From: Phycisphaeraceae bacterium | GTDB taxonomy: Bacteria; Planctomycetota; Phycisphaerae; Phycisphaerales; Zrk34 | NCBI GenBank assembly: GCA_040905565.1 | Contig: JBBDRF010000027.1 | Span: 1 to 47,802, forward strand | DNA: 47,802 nt | Reading direction: 5' to 3' | Part shown: piece by piece, positions 38,901 to 47,802 of the stretch | Position numbering within the stretch: the stretch's first letter is position 1 | Layout of the letters: every line of letters starts with the position of its first letter | Position numbers and translations under genes: made by a program | The notes under the pieces: model-generated | What the model saw: only the letters and a program-made list of their open reading frames with translations | Database searches by the model: none | Told to the model about the DNA's origin: nothing

Positions 38901-39619
38901 GCCCGCAGCAGCGCCAGGATGTTCTCCAGATGTTTCCACTGCTGATCGTCAGGCTTCTGCTCCCCGTCGCCCGACTCCACCTGCCGCAGATACGGATGCC
39001 GCGCGTACCCTTCCAGAACGCCCGGCATCTGCTCAACAGGCAGAATTTGATCGACGGTCCCCGTGGCGATCGTGTGCCGGGGCATGTTGTCGTACTTCGC
39101 TTCAAGCGGATCCTGCACCAGCACGATGCCGCCGGCGATCTTGATATCGCGCACGCCCATCGACCCGTTGCCGCCCGTGCCCGACATCACAATCGCCACC
39201 GCCCGCGGCCCGCACGCCTCAGCAAGCGATCGGAAAAACGCGTCGACCGGCTTCCGCAGCAGCCGTTCCTCAGGCAGGCCCGACAGGCACAGCGTCTCGC
39301 CGGTCAGTTCAAGCACCTTGTCCGGCGGAATCACATACACGTGGTCGGGCTTGATCTGAACCGCAGCCGTCACCTCTGCCACCGGCATGTCCGTCCAGCG
39401 GGAAAGAATCTCCGCGAGGTGGCTCTTCCGATCGCGCTGCAGGTGCTGAATCACCACGAACGCCATGCCGGGCTTCGCAGGCACCGCTTTGAAAAACGAT
39501 TGCAATGCTTCGATGCCGCCCGCCGAAGTGCCGATGCCGACCACGGGAAACGTCCCACCTCCCGCGGCTGTCACCGAACTGTCGCGACCAGTGCTATTGT
39601 CTTGCGCGCCGTCAGTCAT
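35948..39619 (-). CDS. CheB methylesterase-CheR methyltransferase-PAS-histidine kinase (HisKA_3) fusion
   Basis: CheB GTSAGG/VIQHL; CheR VWVPGCSSGEEAYS and DLISCRNLLIY; EEL-repeat coiled coil; PAS domains; EERRRIAGVLHD H-box; NVVKHA, DSGKGFD, GLFTIRER. Confidence 0.92.
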   Translation of the reverse strand: MTDGAQDNSTGRDSSVTAAGGGTFPVVGIGTSAGGIEALQSFFKAVPAKPGMAFVVIQHLQRDRKSHLAEILSRWTDMPVAEVTAAVQIKPDHVYVIPPDKVLELTGETLCLSGLPEERLLRKPVDAFFRSLAEACGPRAVAIVMSGTGGNGSMGVRDIKIAGGIVLVQDPLEAKYDNMPRHTIATGTVDQILPVEQMPGVLEGYARHPYLRQVESGDGEQKPDDQQWKHLENILALLRARTGRELRAYKKNTLLRRTMRRMGLRHITDFEEYLQVLRNDPNEANALAEDLLIGVTSFLRDPEAWQTLEKEVLEKLVSDSEPDQAIRVWVPGCSSGEEAYSVAMLLHEQARKAKHRGEIKVFATDMAGLRLQQAREGRFPDSIEADLPGELLVRYFEKRDESYKIRQSVRESVIFASHNLIQDPPFSQLDLISCRNLLIYLEPEAQARVLALLHFSLRPGGYLFLGTSETTSQQPDLFQPVSKKWRIFRRLGPTRHELVNFPVYGRSVPKRDLQHYRGGGVDTKSRLDRLVHRTLSTAYAPAAVLVTRSMEALYFHGPTDRYLTQPAGERTASVLEMAREGLRFKLRQVVLQAFENKRRVVDTSARVRRDGAWVATRLTGMPLHGGADEFVLVVFEDADASGTQQQQEPTKAKPLAPGSDAVQTLEDELRNTRLELESTIEDLENANEEQKATNEELSSMNEEFQSTNEELETSKEELQSLNEELTTVNQQLHTKVDQLESANNDLQNLLASTDVATIFLDGDFHLRWFSPSVRDLLSVVASDVGRPLTDFVRKFEDPHLFEDAKRVMEKLVPISREIRTDDGRWCIRRVLPYRTQDDRIEGTVVTFTDITELKQAEERERRLATVVRDSNDAVIVLDFQGNIREWNRGATAMYGWSEAEADAMNVRDIVPPEYQDEVEAMLGRLGEGREIGSRDMHRVCEDGRKLIVSSTVSVLRDERDQPTAIAVTERDVTELRDTQRKLEAFNAELERRVTERTALAERRAAQLHKLSLDLYQAEEQERRRIAGVLHDDLQQILAAARMAFNRLRLAGGRTGEEIDSDVQHLDALFEQAMQTTRNLSHELSPPVLQEGLVPALHWAQRWYAKNHDLEIDLEVDPEAEPANAKLRYPLFCACRELLFNVVKHAGTNRATLGVVREGTLIRLTVSDSGKGFDPASVTVVEDGRLGLFTIRERIRSVGGEMRIESEIGRGSEIQVTVPDVDGG

Positions 39620-39626
39620 GGTACTG

Positions 39627-39632
39627 ATTATA
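39627..39632 (-). promoter_or_regulatory. -10 box of a putative leaderless transcript
   Basis: Perfect TATAAT 7 nt before the CheB/CheR ATG; no SD. Confidence 0.55.
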
Positions 39633-39689
39633 CGCTTTTCATCGGGATTTCACCCCGTCAGCCATCCCCTGATATGGGCGGCCACGGTC

Positions 39690-40343
39690 TCACTCCCGCC
39701 GCTGCTGCCGCCGGCGATCACTGCCTTTACGTTCGGCGCGTCCGTCGTGGGATTCGGCATCATCAGTCGGTCGATCCGGGCGCTGGCCGCGCTGCATCCC
39801 GCGCGGTCCGAGATGCGGTCGCTGAAGGTGCAGCCTCTGCATCCGATGCATCCTCAGCCGCCGCGCATCGCCCGCGCCCTCATGCCGCCGGCCCCGGTCC
39901 GCGTGCAACTTCGCCCGCTGTTCATCGGTCAACACTTCGGAGATGCGCTCGCGCTGCTCCGCCATGATCTCCGCGATGCGCAGCCGCTGACCAGGCGTGA
40001 GGTCCAGCTCCCGCAGCCTCGCCGGCATCCCCCGCTGAAGATGGCGGCGCATCGGTGCGCCGTGCCGAACACCTGGTGCGATCCGCTCCGCACGGCGACG
40101 ATGGTCCGAACGTCGACGCTCAAGGTCGGCCTCGGAAGCGCGCGAGCCTTCAATCCGCCGTTGCCGAAACTCCTGCATCCGCCGCTGGGTGGGCGAGAGT
40201 TCTTCACGCTCAGCCGGCGCCGATCGCCGCGCCTCCGCACGCTCTGAACGCTCCGCCCCGTCGGACTGCGCCAGGACGCCCGTCGTCGTGAAAAGCAATG
40301 CAAGTGCCGCGACACTGAGTACGGAATTCGTGAGAAAACGCAT
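39690..40343 (-). CDS. Exported Arg-rich protein with LTxxQ motifs (Spy/CpxP-like)
   Basis: Signal peptide ending VLA-Q; LDLTPGQR and VLTDEQR motifs; SD AAGGGA. Confidence 0.6.
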   Translation of the reverse strand: MRFLTNSVLSVAALALLFTTTGVLAQSDGAERSERAEARRSAPAEREELSPTQRRMQEFRQRRIEGSRASEADLERRRSDHRRRAERIAPGVRHGAPMRRHLQRGMPARLRELDLTPGQRLRIAEIMAEQRERISEVLTDEQRAKLHADRGRRHEGAGDARRLRMHRMQRLHLQRPHLGPRGMQRGQRPDRPTDDAESHDGRAERKGSDRRRQQRRE

Positions 40344-40470
40344 GATGCCGTCCCTTCGTTAGAAGCTGAGGGGGGAGATGAACCTTGGAAGCACGGCGAA
40401 CGCGTTACGCTCGTCCACCTATCTAACGCTGCATCCATTTCTTTATTGCCCCGCTACCGCCCGCGCCCCC

Positions 40471-41367
40471 TCAAGATCGGCCAGTCGCCCCCGCCTCGAT
40501 CGTCCAGTTCGGCTGCAGCCGCGAACCCGTCACGCGCAGCGACCCGTCGTCGTAAAGCGACAACATCCCGTACGCACTCGACGCAAGCCCCGGCCCCTCC
40601 ACCATCGCCACCTGCGTGCAATAGTGGATCCCGTTGATCTGCTGATACGCGTCGCGATGGCTGTGGCCCTGAAAGACAGCCACGACCCGCTCCGAGTCCT
40701 CCAGCACCTTCCGAACCTGCGGCGCATTTTTCACACTGTGATTGCCCGCATCGTCAAGATGCTGGTGCGCCAGAATCACCACCGGATGATCCGTCGCCTG
40801 CAACTGCTGCTCAAGCCACGCCACCTGCTCATCAGGGATGTTCGGATCCGTCCACTCAAAGTTCCGCCGGCCGTACGGCTCGCCATCCGAACGAAAACAT
40901 GCGTCGAGGATGATGAAGCGAAATCCGCCCGCGTCGAACGCAACATGCGGCTGATCAAGCGCCGTGTTCTCGATGAACTCGCCCTTGGTCAGCCCGTCGA
41001 CGCAGTGGTTGCCGAGCACGTAATGCCGCTCGCACCGCAGCCGATCCAGCACCCGCTCCACCGTTTGCAGGTGGGCCACTTCTTTCTCGAGATCGTCACC
41101 GCTGTCGATCAGGTCGCCTAGCGTCGCCACGAACGCCGGCTTCTCATCATTGAAATGCTTTACCGCTTCGCCGAGTTTCGCCAGACTATCCTGATAATGC
41201 CGACTGCCACGCGTCGGCTTGTCCGCATAATGAATGTCGGTCACGAGCCCGACCCGTAACCGGGGCGATGCCGCCTCCGCTGCGAGCAACCGCGAGCCGC
41301 TCGCCAGACCGCCGAGCACCAGTGTCGAATTTTGGATGAACGCGCGTCGCGACAGAGTCGATTGCAT
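40471..41367 (-). CDS. Tat-exported calcineurin-like metallophosphoesterase
   Basis: SRRAFI Tat motif; DIH, GDLID, GNH and GHSH motifs. Confidence 0.9.
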   Translation of the reverse strand: MQSTLSRRAFIQNSTLVLGGLASGSRLLAAEAASPRLRVGLVTDIHYADKPTRGSRHYQDSLAKLGEAVKHFNDEKPAFVATLGDLIDSGDDLEKEVAHLQTVERVLDRLRCERHYVLGNHCVDGLTKGEFIENTALDQPHVAFDAGGFRFIILDACFRSDGEPYGRRNFEWTDPNIPDEQVAWLEQQLQATDHPVVILAHQHLDDAGNHSVKNAPQVRKVLEDSERVVAVFQGHSHRDAYQQINGIHYCTQVAMVEGPGLASSAYGMLSLYDDGSLRVTGSRLQPNWTIEAGATGRS

Positions 41368-41453
41368 GTCCCGCTCCTGCTTCGTGAGGCGAAAAGCGCA
41401 CGCCCGAAGGCACTATCTACAGCAGCGGCGTCACCCGATCACAATCGAGGACG

Positions 41454-41711
41454 TCAGTTGATGGCGATGACGGAGGTGATCTCCGGCACGCGCGCTTTGA
41501 CGTTGTTTTCGATGCCGTGCTGAAGCGTCATGCTTGAAGAGGGACAACCGACACAGTCGCCGTGGAAACGGATGCGCACGACGTGCTCGGGCGTGATGTC
41601 GACAAGTTCAATGTCGCCGCCGTCGGACTGAACCGAGGGGCGGATCATTTCCAGCACTTGCTGCACGCGATCATGCATGCTTGATTGAACGTTGGCGGAG
41701 TCGGCCGACAT
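41454..41711 (-). CDS. NifU C-terminal/Nfu-type Fe-S cluster carrier
   Basis: IRPSVQSDGGDIELV and GDCVGCPSSSMTL (CxxC). Confidence 0.9.
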   Translation of the reverse strand: MSADSANVQSSMHDRVQQVLEMIRPSVQSDGGDIELVDITPEHVVRIRFHGDCVGCPSSSMTLQHGIENNVKARVPEITSVIAIN

Positions 41712-41794
41712 GGGAAGTCTCGAAACAGAAGATTGGCGAGGCCGTAGATTGAATTCATTTTACGCGCACGGACCGCCCGATGCCACCAGCACCT

Positions 41795-41857
41795 TTAGCG
41801 GGCGATCGCAGACCGCCACTTCCCCTCTTTTGCCCGGGAGGACAGCCCGGCTCTGTT
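41795..41857. repeat. Composite intergenic repeat (family B copy plus degenerate family A copy)
   Basis: 41795-41823 matches 45518-45546 at 26/29 nt. 41840-41857 is identical to 682-699. Confidence 0.65.
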
Positions 41858-41867
41858 GCCGCCCGCT

Positions 41868-42656
41868 TCACCGCAACAACCGCAACACATCCTGATGAAT
41901 CCGACCGTTGCTCGCGAGCAGCGGCATGCTCTCGATATCAAACGGCCGAATGGACTCGCCTTGCAGATTCGTCACCGTGCCCCCTGCTTCGCTCACGATC
42001 AGCGCCGCCGCTGCCCAGTCCCAGACCTTCAGCCCCGCGTGAAGGTAGGCATCGGCGTAACCGCCCGCCACGCTGCAGAGCCCGAAGACGGCGCTGCCGT
42101 GGCATCGAATCTGCCCTGCCGCGCCGAGGATACCGGGCGACATCGCCACGATGCGCTCGCGATAATCGGGCCTGCCGAAATCCATCTCAACCTGCGCCAG
42201 CGAAACCTCCGCCACCTCGGACACGCGCGTGGGAGAACCGTTACGCCACGCCCCGCCGCCCCGCTGGGCCGTGAACGTCATCGCCAGTTCAGGGAACGCC
42301 ACGCCGCCCGCCTGGAGTTCATTACGATGGGCGAATGCGATGGAGACTCCGAACGCGCCGAGCGCACCGTGAACGAAATTGTGCGTGCCGTCGATCGGAT
42401 CAATGATCCAGCAGCGGGCATCGCGATCGTCGGGGAAGCGATCCATCCCGTTTTCTTCGGCCACGATCTTGTCGTTGGGGAACTCAGCCGCGATCGCCTG
42501 CTCGATGCGCCGCTGCGCCTCGCGATCGATTTCCGTGATCAGATCGACCGGGTCCGCCTTGCTCGCCACCTGCATGGCCACGCGATCGCCCCGGCTGGCG
42601 GCCACGTACGCACCGATCTCCGGGAGCAGTCTTTCAATGAAGGCAACTTCTCGCAT
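41868..42656 (-). CDS. Inositol monophosphatase family protein
   Basis: AEE, WIIDPIDGTHNF and WDWAAAALIVSEAGG. ATG 42656 preferred to avoid overlap with the upstream gene. Confidence 0.9.
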   Translation of the reverse strand: MREVAFIERLLPEIGAYVAASRGDRVAMQVASKADPVDLITEIDREAQRRIEQAIAAEFPNDKIVAEENGMDRFPDDRDARCWIIDPIDGTHNFVHGALGAFGVSIAFAHRNELQAGGVAFPELAMTFTAQRGGGAWRNGSPTRVSEVAEVSLAQVEMDFGRPDYRERIVAMSPGILGAAGQIRCHGSAVFGLCSVAGGYADAYLHAGLKVWDWAAAALIVSEAGGTVTNLQGESIRPFDIESMPLLASNGRIHQDVLRLLR

Positions 42657-42685
42657 TATTTTCGGTCCCACTGCGGCAGGTTGAA

Positions 42686-43480
42686 TCAGATCGGGCAGCC
42701 GCATGGGGCGATGAACGGGCCGGAGGGCACTTCGCCGAGCGGGTTTCCGTCCAGTCGGAACGGTACGGGATTCGGGCCGAGGCCGCTCATGCCGTAGTCG
42801 CCATCGGCGTCGGCGGGGTCGCCGGTCGCGGTATCGTTCGCCAGGGCGTCGAACCAGTACCAGTGGCCCGATTCGCGCTGCAGTTGTTCGTGGTTCAGCC
42901 TGGTCACGCTGCCGTCCATCATCGCCACGTTTGCGCCGGCGGTCCCCGGATGGCGATAGCCTCGTGCCGCATTGTGTTCAGGTGAAGCGAACCAGTTCGT
43001 GAGCCCGTTGGTCGACCACACCCCGAACCCATCGGACGTCACCGCAGTTTCCAACGGCGAAACCGAATGCTCCGCGATCGCGATGATCGAAGCCGGGCTC
43101 TGCACACGCTGCGGATTAAAGTTCCAGTTGCCGAACTGCATCGCCCCGTTCAGAGCATACGACGCCTCGTCCGCGTGCGCGTCGGCATCGTCAGGCATCG
43201 CCTCACTGCAATGAAGCAGATGACGCTGACCCGGCAGATGCGATTCGAGACGGTCGCGCCAACTCACCGGATCGGCTTCGGAATAGACGGATGTGAATCG
43301 GCCGTGATCCACGGCGTAGGTCTGCTGTGCCTGAAAAAGCTGACGCAGGTTGCTGCGGCAGACCGTGTCCCTTCCCGCCGCCCTCGCCGATGCCAGCGCG
43401 GGCAGAAGGAAACTCGCCAGCAGGGCGATAAGCCCCACCACCACCAGCAGTTCAATCAATGTAAAGCCGCGTTTTGACAT
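42686..43480 (-). CDS. Prepilin-type N-terminal cleavage/methylation, DUF1559/H-X9-DG-like protein
   Basis: KRGFTLIELLVV, LLPALASAR, CRSNLRQ, RHPGTAGANVAMMDG. Confidence 0.85.
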   Translation of the reverse strand: MSKRGFTLIELLVVVGLIALLASFLLPALASARAAGRDTVCRSNLRQLFQAQQTYAVDHGRFTSVYSEADPVSWRDRLESHLPGQRHLLHCSEAMPDDADAHADEASYALNGAMQFGNWNFNPQRVQSPASIIAIAEHSVSPLETAVTSDGFGVWSTNGLTNWFASPEHNAARGYRHPGTAGANVAMMDGSVTRLNHEQLQRESGHWYWFDALANDTATGDPADADGDYGMSGLGPNPVPFRLDGNPLGEVPSGPFIAPCGCPI

Positions 43481-43560
43481 GCGATACCCTCGGGCTGGAC
43501 GCGTTGGACCACCGAGGTTATCGCCATGCCGCCGCGGGGTCAACGCAAACCTCGTCAGCG

Positions 43561-44463
43561 TCAGTGCGGCATTTCGTCGGGCTTGGGAAGCACGACATCC
43601 CGCGCCAGGCCCACCTTCTCGAGCAGGCGGATCGTCCAGTACGTCACATCCAGCTCATACCACCGCAGCCCATGAGCGGCTGACCGCTGGTACGCGTGAT
43701 GGTTGTTGTGCCAGCCTTCGCCGAAGCTCAGCAAGGCCACCCACCACAGATTGGTCGAGCGATCCTTCGTCTCGAAGTTGCGGTAGCCCCACGTATGGCT
43801 TGCCGAGTTGACGAACCAGGTGCCGTGATAGACGACCACGGTGCGAAGCGCGACGCCCCACACCAGCCAGGACATGCCGCTGGCGGAGATCCCCGCCGCC
43901 GCCGCCGCTTCGCCGCCGAAGTACAACACGGGGATGAGCAGCAGGTTGGGGATCCAGAAGAACTTATTCATGATCCGATGACCGGGATCGCGCAGCAGGT
44001 CCTTCGCGGCATCGACGCCCTTACGGCCGTCCTCCGCTTCCTTATGCAGGCACCACACCGCGTGCGCCCACGTGAAGCCGTGGTTAGGCGTATGTGGATC
44101 AAGATCCTCATCTGAGTGCGCATGGTGGATCCGGTGCACGCCGACCCACTGCACCGGCCCGCCCTGCCACGCCAGACAGCCGCAAAGCGTGAGGAAGTAC
44201 TCAAACCACTTGGGCGTCTTGAATGACCGGTGCGTGAGCAGCCGATGGTAAGTCAGCGTGATGCCGATGTTCGCCGTCAGCCACATGAACACGAAAAACA
44301 GGACCAGACCGGTCCACGTGAAATAGCTGGGCACGAACGCCAGAAGCGCGGCAATGTGCATGCCGCCGATACCGAGCACCACAGACCAGTCGAGCCGGCT
44401 CCATGTAATGCCACGTTTTTTAAAAGGGGTAGATCCTTCAGCCTTTGGAGTAACCTGAGACAT
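43561..44463 (-). CDS. Delta-9-type acyl-lipid/acyl-CoA fatty acid desaturase
   Basis: His boxes YHRLLTH, HRIHH and GEGWHNNHH; SD AAGGA before ATG 44463. Confidence 0.93.
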   Translation of the reverse strand: MSQVTPKAEGSTPFKKRGITWSRLDWSVVLGIGGMHIAALLAFVPSYFTWTGLVLFFVFMWLTANIGITLTYHRLLTHRSFKTPKWFEYFLTLCGCLAWQGGPVQWVGVHRIHHAHSDEDLDPHTPNHGFTWAHAVWCLHKEAEDGRKGVDAAKDLLRDPGHRIMNKFFWIPNLLLIPVLYFGGEAAAAAGISASGMSWLVWGVALRTVVVYHGTWFVNSASHTWGYRNFETKDRSTNLWWVALLSFGEGWHNNHHAYQRSAAHGLRWYELDVTYWTIRLLEKVGLARDVVLPKPDEMPH

Positions 44464-44576
44464 GCCGAGATTTCCTTGATTGTGCCTTGAGGGCTCGACC
44501 GGTCCCAACGGGAGCCCGACGACAAGCTAAAGGGGGACATTGGTGATTGAATCCCGCCTCGTGGCGGTTTTTGATA

Positions 44577-44604
44577 AGCTTAGCACTTCGTCGGGTCGCG
44601 ACAA
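44577..44604 (-). promoter_or_regulatory. sigma70-like promoter for the desaturase
   Basis: TTGTCG-N16-TAAGCT with an extended TG on the - strand. Confidence 0.45.
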
Positions 44605-44828
44605 GCCCGAGCGACAATAAATTTAATACGGGTGCTGTTTACGCCGGCGAGGCCCCTCGGCTCACCGCCTCCGCTCACGCGCCTAAACCGGCCAAACCGC
44701 CCCGCTTTTGAACGCCCAAGGCTGGGACCGGTCCGCGCAGACGGAGGCAAACCGGGATCAAGGCCCGGATATTTTCCGCTGTGGACATGGGGTGCCCGTT
44801 GGATCCTGCCTATCATGAACCACTGGAT

Positions 44829-44956
44829 CGGGGCGGTCGGTAGTTGGAGCGAAACACCTTTTCTCAGCACGCTGCACGTCGACGCGAAGTAAATCGTTCC
44901 CGCCGAACCAGCGTCACATACTGAACCTTCAGTTGCTTGCCACGTCGACCGCCCCG
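44829..44956 (+). ncRNA. Candidate 6S RNA (short form)
   Basis: Perfect 11-bp closing stem 44829-44839/44946-44956, a central bubble, internal stem ACGCTG/CAGCGT and a 3'-side CATACTGAACCTTCAG element. A TATCAT -10 box lies at 44811-44816 and a T-tract at 44960-44964. Confidence 0.55.
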
Positions 44957-45043
44957 CCGTTTTTCGTTACCATCCCCCGGTCCCTCGCCGCCACCAGCGC
45001 CGCGGCTTCCTAACCTCCACTGATTCCAAAGGCTAAACACCGC

Positions 45044-45472
<429 letters not shown>

Positions 45473-45517
45473 CCCCCCCCCGTCCCCCCACCTTCGCCCG
45501 CCGGCCCCCCATCCCCG

Positions 45518-45546
45518 TTAGCGGGCGATCGAAGATCGTCACTTCC
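45518..45546. repeat. Intergenic repeat family B copy
   Basis: TTAGCGGGCGATCGAAGATCGTCACTTCC, 26/29 identical to 41795-41823. Confidence 0.6.
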
Positions 45547-45576
45547 GACCCGGTCATCCCAATGACCGGGTCTTTT
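45547..45576 (+). terminator. Rho-independent terminator after cyclophilin
   Basis: 11-bp stem GACCCGGTCAT/ATGACCGGGTC followed by TTTT. Confidence 0.75.
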
Positions 45577-45659
45577 AATGCGCGCCCCCCCCGCCCTCCC
45601 CTCCCCCAAATCACACCTCATCCATCACAAATCACAAATCCCGCCTCCTATCATGACGC

Positions 45660-47802
<2,143 letters not shown>

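Noticed and set aside
38024..39967. 647-aa + strand ORF (and similar ORFs at 26136-27869, 31685-33025, 36188-37594)
   Set aside because: Antisense shadows of well-supported minus-strand genes.
44829..44956. tRNA, tmRNA or SRP RNA interpretation of the structured region
   Set aside because: No T-loop GTTC/CCA end, no tag ORF and no SRP GGAA-loop domain.

Overview
GC-rich bacterial contig end, most consistent with a Planctomycetota (probably Phycisphaerae) genome. That call is inferred from the DUF1559/H-X9-DG prepilin-like gene, the MoxR-DUF58-BatA-VWA cluster and the RpoB/RpoC character. The window holds (i) a sigma54-type promoter in front of a TorF-like porin, next to an inverted-repeat element; (ii) rplK-rplA-rplJ-rplL-rpoB-rpoC with no adjacent secE-nusG; (iii) housekeeping genes (UDG, hisA, sugar isomerase, MggS-like GT4, Nfu, IMPase, desaturase, cyclophilin); (iv) a ~14.7 kb tightly coupled MoxR/DUF58/BatA/VWA-PA14/giant coiled-coil/squalene-cyclase-repeat operon; and (v) an orphan CheB-CheR-PAS-histidine kinase. 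Two strong features are absent from the ORF track. One is a nearly complete ArgZ/AgrE-type arginine dihydrolase-ornithine cyclodeaminase fusion (45660 to the end, running into a poly-G tail that is probably an artefact). The other is a compact 6S-RNA-like structured RNA at 44829-44956. A 'TAA-C7-9-x-C6-7-ACC' motif follows three stop codons, and two small intergenic repeat families are present. No tRNA, rRNA, CRISPR array, transposase, integrase or intein was seen. All calls come from motif recognition by eye; no searches were run.
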